NCBI GenBank assembly: GCA_017558005.1
Contig: JAFYWN010000007.1
Coordinates: 74,364 to 138,363 of the forward strand
Source of the DNA: Kiritimatiellia bacterium
GTDB lineage: Bacteria > Verrucomicrobiota > Kiritimatiellia > RFP12 > DVOR01
Length of the DNA stretch: 64,000 nucleotides
Direction: 5' to 3'
How positions within the stretch are numbered: position 1 is the stretch's first letter; each line of letters starts with the position of its first letter. The position numbers and the translations under genes were made by a program. Below the pieces are notes generated by a model. That model saw nothing but the letters and a program-made list of their open reading frames with translations, searched no databases and was not told the origin of the DNA. Shown here in pieces: positions 1 through 9,918 of the stretch.

Positions 1-755
1 CCCGCCTTGGCCGATGCCACCGCAGTCTCTGTCATCGCCTCCACGGCTGCGTCAACCGCCGACTCTGTTGCGGCCACAGCCTCTTCTACGGTCGGCAAGG
101 GTGCTGTTTCTGCGGCCAACAAATCTGCCAAAGATTCAGCTGGCAATGGCTCTTGAATTGGAGGCAAAGAGGGCAAACTGCCCATCGCCCCCAAAGACAT
201 CATTTCGCCAATCTCAACCGAAGACGACAAGTCTGGCGCATCTGGAACGCGAGAAATGGCCTCATCAATCACCCATTTGGGGTCCGGATTCGTCATTTTT
301 GTAAAATCAGTTTCCGGAATGGCGGCCACGTCCTGGCGTACCAACGTTTCGGTAAAGGGAACATCAGGGGCATCTGGCGGCACAAACTGTGGGTTATCCA
401 CCGCCAAATCAGCCTTGGGAATCGTGGGCAATGTGGGCAACGGAATTGCCACATCCCGCACTTTTTCGGGGAGCGCCTCTGCCGCCATCTCGGCTTCTAC
501 CGCCATATCTGGCATCTGCATTGCCTCTGCTTGCAACAGCTCCGTCTTTTGCAAAAACGTCTCGATATGCACGGGAGGCAATGTGTCAGGCGTAATATGA
601 GCACGCTTTTCGGGTGTTGCCATCGTACGCATGCCCATATCCTTGCAGAAATAGACCGCCGCAAAATGGAGCGCCACCGAAAAGACAATCGAAAAGATCA
701 ACACAAAGGAGTGTTGCCCAAGAGAAAGCCCGTTATCTGTTTTCGAATTTGTCAT
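1..755 (-). CDS. hypothetical membrane-anchored protein; 3' end lies outside the window (absent from supplied ORF track)
   Basis: Own translation of the minus strand. ATG at 755-753 gives MTNSKTDNGLSLGQHSFVLIFSIVFSVALHFAAVYF..., with one N-terminal hydrophobic helix followed by acidic/Pro-rich sequence. The frame stays open through position 1. It lies directly downstream of secA on the same strand. The + strand ORFs listed here look like antisense shadows. Confidence 0.5.
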   Translation of the reverse strand, partial: MTNSKTDNGLSLGQHSFVLIFSIVFSVALHFAAVYFCKDMGMRTMATPEKRAHITPDTLPPVHIETFLQKTELLQAEAMQMPDMAVEAEMAAEALPEKVRDVAIPLPTLPTIPKADLAVDNPQFVPPDAPDVPFTETLVRQDVAAIPETDFTKMTNPDPKWVIDEAISRVPDAPDLSSSVEIGEMMSLGAMGSLPSLPPIQEPLPAESLADLLAAETAPLPTVEEAVAATESAVDAAVEAMTETAVASAKA

Positions 756-772
756 TGAGTCTCGTCTCGGCT

Positions 773-3700
773 TTAACGACCACAGCAGTTCTTGTACTTC
801 TTTCCAGAACCGCACGGACACGGATCATTGCGACCCGTTTTCGGCAGACCAGAGCGCACTGGCATAGGCTGTGGACGATTATTCATCGCCTCTAAAAGTG
901 ATTCCAAAGAACCATTTCCTTGCGGAGCTTCGGATTCTTCTTCAGCTTCAGGCTCGGGTTCTGCAAGGCCTGGCGCCGTTACGGTAAACGAACCCGCAAA
1001 ACTTCCCGAAACCGTTTCCTGTGCAGGTTCAGGCATTGCACGGCCCGCAGCTGCCGTCAAATCACCTAAATCACGGTGTTGCGTTTGAGCACGGCGAGCC
1101 ATCCGTTCACGCATTGCGATGTACGCTTCCACATTCGTGGTCGTGGTAAATGCCGCACGCACAATGCCAGCCTTAATCGTACCCATCAACTCGGTGAACA
1201 TTTCAAACGCTTCACGCTTGTATTCGACCAAGGGATCACGTTGACCATAACCGCGCAAGCCCACACTACGACGCAAGTCATCCATTGCGGCGAGAAACTT
1301 CTGCCACTCCTCGTCAATCGCCGTCAAGCACACCATGCGTTCCAACATGGGTAATGCTTCAGGAATTTCACCTGCACACTTAGCCATGTAGGCCTCTTCC
1401 ACGCGTGCGAACAAGGCCTTTGCGGCTTCTTCTGGCTTACCAGCCCACTGCTTGCACTCTTCTTCCGTGCAAAGCACAGGGAAATGTGCCATCCATTCCA
1501 CCAAAGCCATCGGATCAGAATCCTTCGGCCCAGGCAAGAGTGCCATACAGCGATCCGTAATCAAATCGTTAAAGACGTCCAAAATACGTTCATGTGCGGC
1601 GCCAGGCTGCATCAAGATTTCCTGACGCAATCCATAGATAATCGCACGCTGCTTATTCATCACGTCATCATACTGAAGCGTACGCTTACGGATGGAGAAG
1701 TTTTGTTCTTCCACCTTACGCTGCGCACGTTCAACCGTACGATTCAACCAGCTATGCTCAATCGCTTCACCTTCCTGCAAGCCAAGGCGCGTCATCATAC
1801 CCGCCAAGCGGTCACTACCGAACAGACGCATCAAATTGTCTTCCAAGGAGAGATAGAAGCGGCTTGCACCCGGGTCGCCCTGACGCGAGCAACGACCACG
1901 CAACTGACGGTCAATACGACGCGACTCGTGACGTTCCGATGCAATCACATACAGGCCGCACGGACGTTCTTCCAACAAATGACGCAGCGTACGACGTTCA
2001 CCCTTCGGCACGGAGTCCAATGTCAGATACTTGTCCTTAATCTGTTCATCATCCATCCACACCACGCCTGGCCCCAACTTAATGTCGGTACCACGGCCTG
2101 CCATATTCGTCGCAATTGTCACGGCACCAGGCTGACCTGCAAGCGCCACAATTTCTGCTTCCTTCGCATGATTCTTCGCGTTCAACACATTGTGCGGAAT
2201 TCCCGCCATGCGCAGCATGCGGCTGAGAATCTCCGAGGTGTCCACCGTGACCGTACCCAACAACACGGGTTGACCACGTTCATGTGCGGCGCGCACCTCT
2301 TCGATAATTGCACGATACTTTTCACGTTGCGTCTTGTAAATCAAGTCATTACCATCGACGCGGCGAATCGGGCGATTTGTCGGGATAGCCACCACGTCCA
2401 AACGATAAATGTCATTGAACTCTGCTGCTTCCGTTTCAGCCGTACCGGTCATACCAGACAACTTTTTGTACAAACGGAAATAGTTCTGAATGGTAATCGT
2501 GGCCAAGGTCTGCGTTTCACGTTCAATATCCACGCCTTCCTTTGCTTCCACTGCTTGGTGTAAGCCCTCGCTCCAACGGCGACCTGGCAGGATACGACCT
2601 GTGAATTCATCCACGATCATCACCTTGTTATCCTGCACCACATACTCTTCGTCGCGATTGTAAAGCGCATAAGCACGCAACAACTGGTCCACGATGTGCA
2701 AACGTTCGCTCTTCGCCGCAAAAGCTTCCTGGATTTCACGACGACGCACCGCGCGCTCTTCGGAGCTCAAGCTTGCATCACCTTCCAAGGCAGACAACTG
2801 CCCTGGCAAATCCGGCACCACATACATTTCAGGATCGTCGGGCGAAATGAAGGCGGCGCCCTTGTCCGTCAAAGCCACTTCACGCGTCTTTTCATCAATC
2901 GTGAAGAGCAAGATTTCCTTCAGTTCACGCGCCTCACGCTTACGCATATCCGTAAGCATCATACCTTCGACCTGTTCATGCAAACGGCGCACCGAGGGCT
3001 CTTCAATCAAGTGCTGGAACTGCTTATTCTTCGGCGTACCATGGTAAACCTGATACAAACGGCGCATCGCCATTTCCGTATCACCATTGGCAATAAAATT
3101 ACGCGCTTCCGTCAGAAGTTGCGTACAGATGCGCGTCTGCTCACGGAAGACGCGCTCCACGCGCGGCTTTTGAGCCACATACTCACCCGAAGCGGTCCGC
3201 TGCGAAGGACCAGAAATAATCAACGGCGTACGCGCCTCGTCAATCAAGATGCTATCCACTTCGTCCACAATGGCAAATGCATGACCACGCTGCACCACCT
3301 GCGAAGGATCCGTTGCCATACCATTGTCACGCAAATAGTCAAAACCGAATTCGCTATTCGTACCGTAGGTAATGTCACAGGCATACTGCGCACGACGTTC
3401 TGCAGGCGACATCGAATTCTGAATGCACCCCACCGTCAAACCCAAATAGGTGAACAAATGCCCCATGAACTGTGCGTCACGACGGGCCAAGTAGTCATTC
3501 ACCGTCACCAAATGAGCCGCTTCGCCAGAAAGGGCATTGAGATAGAGCGGGAACGTTGCGACCAAAGTCTTACCTTCACCCGTCTGCATCTCTGCAATCT
3601 TGCCTTGGTGCAACACAATACCGCCGATTAACTGCACATCAAACGGCAACATGTTCCACGTCAATTCGTGCCCACAAACCATGCACGTCGTGTTCAACAA

Positions 3701-3925
3701 GCGGCGACAAGCGTTCTTTACCGTTGCATAAGCTTCCGGCAAAATATCATCCAACGTTTCACCCTGAGCCAAGCGCGCCTTAAACTCAACCGTCTTCTGC
3801 TTCAATTCTTCGTCAGAGAGTTGCTGATACTGCTCTTCAAGTGCATTAATTTTACGCACCAAAGGCATCAATCGTTTGATATCGCGCTGATTCTTTGTAC
3901 CGAAAAGTAACTTAAGTAAATTCAT
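773..3925 (-). CDS. secA: preprotein translocase ATPase SecA
   Basis: 1050-aa ORF with SecA motor-domain sequence throughout and the typical C-terminal zinc-binding tail [14 protein letters not shown]. Confidence 0.97.
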   Translation of the reverse strand: MNLLKLLFGTKNQRDIKRLMPLVRKINALEEQYQQLSDEELKQKTVEFKARLAQGETLDDILPEAYATVKNACRRLLNTTCMVCGHELTWNMLPFDVQLIGGIVLHQGKIAEMQTGEGKTLVATFPLYLNALSGEAAHLVTVNDYLARRDAQFMGHLFTYLGLTVGCIQNSMSPAERRAQYACDITYGTNSEFGFDYLRDNGMATDPSQVVQRGHAFAIVDEVDSILIDEARTPLIISGPSQRTASGEYVAQKPRVERVFREQTRICTQLLTEARNFIANGDTEMAMRRLYQVYHGTPKNKQFQHLIEEPSVRRLHEQVEGMMLTDMRKREARELKEILLFTIDEKTREVALTDKGAAFISPDDPEMYVVPDLPGQLSALEGDASLSSEERAVRRREIQEAFAAKSERLHIVDQLLRAYALYNRDEEYVVQDNKVMIVDEFTGRILPGRRWSEGLHQAVEAKEGVDIERETQTLATITIQNYFRLYKKLSGMTGTAETEAAEFNDIYRLDVVAIPTNRPIRRVDGNDLIYKTQREKYRAIIEEVRAAHERGQPVLLGTVTVDTSEILSRMLRMAGIPHNVLNAKNHAKEAEIVALAGQPGAVTIATNMAGRGTDIKLGPGVVWMDDEQIKDKYLTLDSVPKGERRTLRHLLEERPCGLYVIASERHESRRIDRQLRGRCSRQGDPGASRFYLSLEDNLMRLFGSDRLAGMMTRLGLQEGEAIEHSWLNRTVERAQRKVEEQNFSIRKRTLQYDDVMNKQRAIIYGLRQEILMQPGAAHERILDVFNDLITDRCMALLPGPKDSDPMALVEWMAHFPVLCTEEECKQWAGKPEEAAKALFARVEEAYMAKCAGEIPEALPMLERMVCLTAIDEEWQKFLAAMDDLRRSVGLRGYGQRDPLVEYKREAFEMFTELMGTIKAGIVRAAFTTTTNVEAYIAMRERMARRAQTQHRDLGDLTAAAGRAMPEPAQETVSGSFAGSFTVTAPGLAEPEPEAEEESEAPQGNGSLESLLEAMNNRPQPMPVRSGLPKTGRNDPCPCGSGKKYKNCCGR

Positions 3926-4089
3926 TCTAACAATCCTTTGTTATTTAATTGATACAGTATACCATAAAAATAAAGAAAAAGGCGGATAAAACGTACTCTA
4001 AAAGAAGGGTTTTAGCACGCCTCAATTACACTCGACCACCCCACCTTTCACCCCCGCTTCACTTCCCCACTCACACAAAACCCAATAAA

Positions 4090-4126
4090 CAAAAAAAGAA
4101 CGGTCCCGTTTGCACGGAACCGTTCT
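4090..4126 (-). terminator. rho-independent terminator downstream of rpsU
   Basis: On the minus strand: AGAACGGTTCCG-tgcaaa-CGGGACCGTTCT, a 12-bp stem followed by TTTTTTT, about 20 nt after the rpsU stop. Confidence 0.65.
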
Positions 4127-4147
4127 AAATCCGAGAGTCTCGGCGCA

Positions 4148-4336
4148 TTAGAATGCGCTACGGGACTTGGCGCGGATGCGAGCACGCGCGGACTTACGAC
4201 GACGCTTTTCGCAAGGCTTCTCGTAATAACGAGTAGCACGGAGCTGCTTGATCAGACCTTCCTTATCGAGGATCTTTTTCAAACGCTTGAGACCGCGTTC
4301 CACGGATTCGCCCTTTTTCAGACGTACCTGGATCAT
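4148..4336 (-). CDS. rpsU: 30S ribosomal protein bS21
   Basis: 62-aa basic ORF MIQVRLKKGESVERGLKRLKKILDKEG...RRRKSARARIRA typical of S21. SD AAGGAGGTG sits 7 nt upstream of the ATG. Confidence 0.93.
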   Translation of the reverse strand: MIQVRLKKGESVERGLKRLKKILDKEGLIKQLRATRYYEKPCEKRRRKSARARIRAKSRSAF

Positions 4337-4360
4337 GTTTGCTCACCTCCTTTCCGAAAT

Positions 4361-4436
4361 TGGAGCCAGCGAAGGGACTCGAACCCCCGACCCACTGATT
4401 ACAAATCAGTAGCTCTACCAACTGAGCTACACTGGC
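4361..4436 (-). tRNA. tRNA-Thr (anticodon UGU) with encoded CCA
   Basis: The reverse complement GCCAGTGTAGCTCAGTTGGTAGAGCTACTGATTTGTAATCAGTGGGTCGGGGGTTCGAGTCCCTTCGCTGGCTCCA folds as a cloverleaf. It has a 7-bp acceptor stem, anticodon stem ACTGA/TCAGT with loop TTTGTAA (anticodon TGT), and a GTTCGAGTC T-loop. Confidence 0.9.
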
Positions 4437-4450
4437 AAAAATCAGCGCGT

Positions 4451-4479
4451 ATTATCTCAAAACCGCCCCCTATGGTCAA
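4451..4479 (-). promoter_or_regulatory. sigma70-type promoter candidate for tRNA-Thr/rpsU
   Basis: Minus strand reads TTGACC (4479-4474), a 17-nt spacer, then GATAAT (4456-4451). The -10 element ends about 14 nt before the tRNA 5' end. Confidence 0.45.
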
Positions 4480-4798
4480 GTCCTTTTCTTAGAAATTATA
4501 ATTTTCTTTTTTAAAGCAGGAGGATGATTCGAAAATCGTACACCTTCACCCTTAGGTCAAGTGACGAGAATAGGAATCTTACAAGGGGGCACTCCTCAAC
4601 GAAAACATCAGGAAATCAACGCGCACCAACTTCAATCAACACCCTTACTCCAAGCTCTATTTAACAAATTTAAACACTTTTGGCATCTTCAAATGCATCA
4701 TCGAGCACGTACGCTCCTATCCCCTACTCGCCGCCATCTGAAGTGTATCGCCCCTCTTTTACCTTTAGCGGATAGCAGCAGTAGCAGCTTACATACAC

Positions 4799-5590
4799 TC
4801 AGATCAATGTAATACACTGACCATCGTACGCAGGGGTGATTTGCGGAGGCAGCTGCGCCACCAAGTCCGCATGCAAGAGATCGTGTGAAAGGTGTGTAAA
4901 GAAGGTTTTGGGAGCCGCGATTCGCTCTGCGTAGGCTAATGATTGCGATAGGGTCAGATGCGTCGGATGTACGCGCTCACGCAACATATTGAGAATCAAC
5001 ACATCAACCCCCGCCATCAATGCGAGGGTTGACTCTGGAATTTCATGTACATCTGGCACATAGGCGAGCGAAGCGCCATTAAAATCAATGCGAATGCCAT
5101 TGGTTTCAGCCTTCCCGTGTACCACAGGCAAAGGTATAATCCGCGCACCAAACGCTTCAAATGGTGCTATCACAGGACAGAACTCAATCAATGGGCGATA
5201 GAGCCCCTGCCCATTCGGCTTATTGGAAATGTAGGGAAAGATCCGCCGCATCCCATCAATGGTTTCAGGACCAGAATAACAGTGAATAACTTGGTTATCC
5301 TGAAGGGTGTTAAAGCGACGCACATCATCAAACCCAAAGATATGATCTGCATGCAAATGGGTGATGAAAACCGCATCCACGCGGGGCACTTGCCAACGCA
5401 AACACTGCGCTCTCAAATCAGGCCCCGCATCAATCAGAAGCGCCCGCTCTCCTAACGTAACATAGAGCGAAGAGCGCAGACGATTGTCTCGGGGATCGGA
5501 ACTTTTACACACGGGACACGTGCAACCAATCAGTGGCACCCCAACAGACGTGCCCGTTCCCAAAAATTGCGCCGTAAAGGTGTCTGCCAT
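4799..5590 (-). CDS. MBL-fold metallo-hydrolase (PhnP-like)
   Basis: 263-aa ORF with the metallo-beta-lactamase motif ITHLHADHIFG and an N-terminal CxxC pair (CTCPVC). Confidence 0.8.
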   Translation of the reverse strand: MADTFTAQFLGTGTSVGVPLIGCTCPVCKSSDPRDNRLRSSLYVTLGERALLIDAGPDLRAQCLRWQVPRVDAVFITHLHADHIFGFDDVRRFNTLQDNQVIHCYSGPETIDGMRRIFPYISNKPNGQGLYRPLIEFCPVIAPFEAFGARIIPLPVVHGKAETNGIRIDFNGASLAYVPDVHEIPESTLALMAGVDVLILNMLRERVHPTHLTLSQSLAYAERIAAPKTFFTHLSHDLLHADLVAQLPPQITPAYDGQCITLI

Positions 5591-5605
5591 CTACCCGACC
5601 TTCAA

Positions 5606-6730
5606 TTAAGCTTGCGGAGGAAGTTGCTTCTCCCAATCGGCAAATCCTGCGCGCGTTCCAATCCAGCGCAAGCCAACCACACTGTCTCCGCGCTTCAATA
5701 CCGACTTCCAAACACGCGCATCTGAGCCATCATCAATGCGTTCTTCAATGACATCCGTTGCACGCACGTCGCCCAACGTGTGAAATTCCACATCGTCCAC
5801 CTTCATGAAGAGGGGCAAGCGTGGATCTTTCCACGCCACGCCAGGATTTCCTGCCAATTCAGACAAGAGATTATTCGCCGCCAAGGCACCCATCTTCATG
5901 GCTCGCATGACCGCACAAACGGGGCGTTGTTTGGTCGGACGAGCTAAATCACCCGCCGCATACACGCCGGCAGCCACGGAGAGGTCAGGATTGGTCCGCA
6001 CACCATCTTCCGCCAAAAGGCCTGCATTCGTTGCAAGGGTTGCATTCGGTCGCGCCCCTGCCGAACACAGTACTATCTCTGCAGGCACCGAAGTGCCATC
6101 CGTAAGCTGTACCACCGCTTCGTCAATCTCTGCCACACTCACGCCAATCTTCAGTGCGATTCCCTTGGCCTCAAGCGCAGCGCGCAAAACAGCTTCCGCG
6201 TTGTTGCCCAAAACACCTCCGAGTAACGCAGGAGCGAGTTCAACCACCGTCACCTGTAATCCCGCCGACGCCGCACGTAAGGCCGCTTCCAATCCAAGAA
6301 CGCCACCGCCAATAATCGTTAGCGTTGCGCCAGGCTTTGAGAGCGCTTGCAACTTTGCAGCATCTTCCATGCTCCACAAGGTTTTCACGCGTCCTGCACC
6401 TACGCCATTGAATTTCGGCAGAAACGGACGCGCCCCCTGCGCCAAAATAATGCCGTCATAAGCCTGCCCATTGACCACTTTCGCAGAGACATCCAGTTGG
6501 GTCACCGCCTCGTGCTTCAACGTTATTCCTGCCTGCTCATACGCCGTGGCAGGTTTGATGGCGATTGCCGTAGCGGCGGTCTGCCCAAAAGCAACCGCAA
6601 TTAGACGCGGACGAAAATAGGGTGCGACCGCTTCATCACTGAAAAGGGTTACAGAAACGCCCGCTTTTGCCAACGCAAATGCCGCTTCCACTCCCGCATG
6701 ACCTGCACCAATCACTGCCACATTAGCCAT
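5606..6730 (-). CDS. NAD(P)/FAD-dependent pyridine nucleotide-disulfide oxidoreductase family protein (rubredoxin-reductase-like)
   Basis: 374 aa. It has an N-terminal dinucleotide fold VAVIGAGHAGVEAA, a second GxGxxG (IIGGGVLGLEAA) and a GD motif (YAAGD). Confidence 0.8.
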   Translation of the reverse strand: MANVAVIGAGHAGVEAAFALAKAGVSVTLFSDEAVAPYFRPRLIAVAFGQTAATAIAIKPATAYEQAGITLKHEAVTQLDVSAKVVNGQAYDGIILAQGARPFLPKFNGVGAGRVKTLWSMEDAAKLQALSKPGATLTIIGGGVLGLEAALRAASAGLQVTVVELAPALLGGVLGNNAEAVLRAALEAKGIALKIGVSVAEIDEAVVQLTDGTSVPAEIVLCSAGARPNATLATNAGLLAEDGVRTNPDLSVAAGVYAAGDLARPTKQRPVCAVMRAMKMGALAANNLLSELAGNPGVAWKDPRLPLFMKVDDVEFHTLGDVRATDVIEERIDDGSDARVWKSVLKRGDSVVGLRWIGTRAGFADWEKQLPPQA

Positions 6731-7358
6731 TACGTTCTCTCCTTAACCGCCGTGCGAGGCGACAATCAATCCACTGTTTTTCCGTTACAATGTAATCCAT
6801 CGTTAAATCATGAGCCGCTTGAGGAAGTGGTTCACGTTGCACTTGAAAATCATATGCCAAAGCGACCCGTAACGTTCCGGCGCGCAACTTCGTCAATAAG
6901 CGATCGTACACGCCCCCGCCATAACCGATTCGCCCACCGCAAACGTCAAAGAGCAAACCTGGAATTAGCGCCACATCAATCATTGCAGGATCTGCCTGAC
7001 GTGGATCTGCGGGTTCAGGAATTCGCATATGCCCAGAAATCAACGGATCATTTGGCGTGAATGCCGCCCATGCGTATTCCTTTGCCTCTGGCAGATAATA
7101 CGGCACACAAACGGAAGCACCTGCAGAGAAAAGCGCATGATGAATCCGATCCGTTGGGAATTCAGAGCCAATACTCATGTACGTTGCGAATCCTCTAAAA
7201 CGGCTAAAGAGATTCATCAAACGCGGATTAAACAGCGCATTCGCCCCAACATGGGCAGCTTCGCGCACTTCATCGTGCGTTAACGCATCACGGCGAGCCC
7301 TCATTTCGGCTCGAAGACGTTGCTTCTCGGCGGCAATATCCATGATCAAATGACTCAT
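6723..7358 (-). CDS. 5-formyltetrahydrofolate cyclo-ligase
   Basis: 211 aa. Family hallmarks are an N-terminal EKQRLRAEMRARRDAL and a C-terminal GYGGGVYDRLL. It overlaps neighbouring genes by 4-8 nt, suggesting operon packing. Confidence 0.8.
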   Translation of the reverse strand: MSHLIMDIAAEKQRLRAEMRARRDALTHDEVREAAHVGANALFNPRLMNLFSRFRGFATYMSIGSEFPTDRIHHALFSAGASVCVPYYLPEAKEYAWAAFTPNDPLISGHMRIPEPADPRQADPAMIDVALIPGLLFDVCGGRIGYGGGVYDRLLTKLRAGTLRVALAYDFQVQREPLPQAAHDLTMDYIVTEKQWIDCRLARRLRRERNG

Positions 7359-8560
7359 TTCGCGCGTAAGGCGCCATTACTTCTAATAATCCACTTGGAG
7401 GTTGTTAATGCCGCCAAGCCCATTGGACCACGCGCATGCAGTTTTTGTGTAGAGATTCCCACCTCTGCGCCAAGGCCAAATTCACCGCCATCTGTGAAGG
7501 ACGTGGGCGTATTAACATACACACAAGCAGCATCCACTTCACGGCAAAACCGCTTTGCGGCCACCTCATCACGTGTCAAAATCGCCTCACTGTGCCCAGA
7601 ACCATAGGCATCAATATGATCTAATGCATCGTCCAATGAATCGACAATGCGCAGCGAGAGATTCATCGACAACCATTCCGTGCCCCAATCTTCAGGTGCC
7701 TCATGCACGCCGACACCTTGTTCTCGACAAGGCGCCAACAAGGCATCCACTTGGTTGGCGAGTGCACGATGCACTAACAAGCAGTCTAATGCATTACAGA
7801 CCGAAACGCGGCGTGTCTTCGCATTCGCAATAATCTGCGCCGCTTGCACTACATCCGCATCCGCATGCACATAGATGTGGCAAACCCCTGCGCCTGTTTC
7901 AATCACGGGCACACGCGCCTTTTCGCGTACCGCACGAATCAACCGTGCACTTCCGCGAGGAATGAGCGCATCAATTAATCCTTCGGCCGTCATCAATGCT
8001 TCGGCCGCTTCATGGGTGGGAGGCAACAATGTAACCGCCGCTTCTGGCAGCCCCTGCTCTACCAATACCGCACGCATCAAGGCGACCAACACGCGATTCG
8101 TGCGATCCGCCTCACGGCCACCCTTCAATACAACTGCATTTCCTGTACGCAAACAGAGCGTTGCCACATCCACCGTGACATTTGGACGCGCCTCATAAAT
8201 GCACCCTATCGCCCCTAATGGCACCCGAATTCGGCTCACCTCAATGCCACTCGGCATCACACGATGTTCCAATTCCTCTTCCAACACCTCGGGTAAACGC
8301 GTCACCGCCTCCACGGCATCCGCCAAAGCGTTCACACGACTCGGGGTCAGAAGCAAACGATCTTTCCGCGGATCATCGTCCGACAAAAGCGCCACATCTG
8401 CCGCGTTTTCGGAAAGAATTAAGGCCGCATTAGCGCGAAGTGTTGTAGCGATTTTAAGCAACGTGTTATTGCGTGTAGCTAGATCACACGTCACTAAATG
8501 CCGTGCCGCCTTGCGGGCGGCACGGAGTTGATTGGAAAGCATTTCTAAATCTGTTTGCAT
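7355..8560 (-). CDS. proA: glutamate-5-semialdehyde dehydrogenase (gamma-glutamyl phosphate reductase)
   Basis: 401 aa with ProA-typical C-terminal sequence VNTPTSFTDGGEFGLGAEVGISTQKLHARGPMGL. Confidence 0.93.
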   Translation of the reverse strand: MQTDLEMLSNQLRAARKAARHLVTCDLATRNNTLLKIATTLRANAALILSENAADVALLSDDDPRKDRLLLTPSRVNALADAVEAVTRLPEVLEEELEHRVMPSGIEVSRIRVPLGAIGCIYEARPNVTVDVATLCLRTGNAVVLKGGREADRTNRVLVALMRAVLVEQGLPEAAVTLLPPTHEAAEALMTAEGLIDALIPRGSARLIRAVREKARVPVIETGAGVCHIYVHADADVVQAAQIIANAKTRRVSVCNALDCLLVHRALANQVDALLAPCREQGVGVHEAPEDWGTEWLSMNLSLRIVDSLDDALDHIDAYGSGHSEAILTRDEVAAKRFCREVDAACVYVNTPTSFTDGGEFGLGAEVGISTQKLHARGPMGLAALTTSKWIIRSNGALRAK

Positions 8561-8569
8561 AGAGTTGAC

Positions 8570-9769
8570 TTAGTCTCGATGAAAAACTTCACCCTCAATG
8601 ACCTTCCACGGAAGACCATATTGATTCAAGGCTTCCATGAAGGGATCTGGGTCAAACTGTTCCATGTTAAAGACGCCCTTTCCGCGCCATTTACCAGTCA
8701 GCATCATCTTCGCACCAATCATCGCAGGCACACCCGTGGTGTAACTAATCGCTTGCGACTTGACCTCCTTATAGCATGCTTGGTGGTCACAGATGTTGTA
8801 GATGTAGACCGTCTTCGGCTTGCCCTCAAAGTCCAAACCACGCACTTGGCAACCGATGCAAGTCTTACCCTTAGTCACAGGGCCAAGCGTTGCAGGATCG
8901 GGCAGAAGCGCCTTAAGGAACTGAATCGGCACAATTTCCTGACCATTGTACATCACAGGATCAATGCGTGTCATGCCGACATTCTTCAAAACTTCCAAAT
9001 GCTTGAGGTAGTTGTCAGAGAAACTCATCCAAAAACGTGCCCGTTCCAAGCCGGGAATATGCGTCATCAAGGATTCAAGTTCTTCGTGATACATCAAATA
9101 TGTATTCAATGTACCAAGGCCTTCAGGCATCTCAAAGGGTTGCTTCACAGAGAGCGGATCGGTCTCAACGAAGCCCTTACCCTTCTCCCAATAGCGCCCC
9201 TTTGCAGAGACTTCACGAATATTAATTTCAGGATTAAAGTTCGTCGCAAAGGGATGACCATTATTGCCCGCATTGCAGTCAATGATATCAATCTGACGAA
9301 TCTGCGGGATATAATGCTTCTGGATATAGGTGCAGAAGACAGAGCTAACGCCTGGATCAAAGCCCGAGCCCAACAGAGCCATCAAGCCCGCCTCCTTGAA
9401 ACGGTCATGATAGGCCCACTGCCACTTGTATTCAAACTTTGCCGTATCCAAAGGTTCGTAGTTTGCCGTATCTAAATAGTCGCATCCTGCAGCAAGACAC
9501 GCATCCATAATGTGCAAGTCTTGATACGGCAATGCGATGTTCATGACCAAATCAGGGCGAAAATCCTGAATCAAACGTGTTAACGCGGGCACATCATCTG
9601 CATCCACTTGCGCCGTCTCCACGGGACGAGACAACTCCGCAGCGAGTGCATCCACGCGCGATTTCGTACGAGACGCCAAGAGAATGTCGGTAAACACCTC
9701 AGGTACTTGCGTCAACTTATGAGCCACCACACCACCGACGCCGCCGGCACCAATCATCAGAACGCGCAT
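8570..9769 (-). CDS. carboxynorspermidine dehydrogenase/synthase (saccharopine dehydrogenase family)
   Basis: 399 aa. N-terminal IGAGGVGGVVAHK Rossmann motif. Conserved blocks FATNFNPEIN, QAISYTTGVPA and GVFNMEQFDPDPF match my recollection of Vibrio CANSDH. Confidence 0.85.
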   Translation of the reverse strand: MRVLMIGAGGVGGVVAHKLTQVPEVFTDILLASRTKSRVDALAAELSRPVETAQVDADDVPALTRLIQDFRPDLVMNIALPYQDLHIMDACLAAGCDYLDTANYEPLDTAKFEYKWQWAYHDRFKEAGLMALLGSGFDPGVSSVFCTYIQKHYIPQIRQIDIIDCNAGNNGHPFATNFNPEINIREVSAKGRYWEKGKGFVETDPLSVKQPFEMPEGLGTLNTYLMYHEELESLMTHIPGLERARFWMSFSDNYLKHLEVLKNVGMTRIDPVMYNGQEIVPIQFLKALLPDPATLGPVTKGKTCIGCQVRGLDFEGKPKTVYIYNICDHQACYKEVKSQAISYTTGVPAMIGAKMMLTGKWRGKGVFNMEQFDPDPFMEALNQYGLPWKVIEGEVFHRD

Positions 9770-9918
9770 TTTCCGTATTCCTTTCTTCTGGCAAAACTAC
9801 TGTGATTGATTGACTTGTCGCATTATAGCAAAGCAAGCCTTCAGTCAAAGCGCTTTTTTAGAAGTTTTAATTTATTAAAACAAGGATGCACATTAAAACA
9901 AAGAGGCACAAAGGTGTG

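Noticed and set aside
1484-3631. Long + strand ORFs (359 aa and 311 aa) inside the secA region
   Set aside because: They are antisense to an unmistakable full-length secA. Their translations are Arg/His/Thr-rich with no recognisable motifs, which is typical of shadow ORFs.
4561-4812. 83-aa + strand ORF in the 362-bp gap between tRNA-Thr and the MBL hydrolase gene
   Set aside because: It has no SD and its composition is low-complexity. It overlaps the 3' end of the convergent MBL gene, and no domain is recognisable.
8555-9475. 306-aa + strand ORF
   Set aside because: It is antisense to the well-supported carboxynorspermidine dehydrogenase gene and has no recognisable domain.
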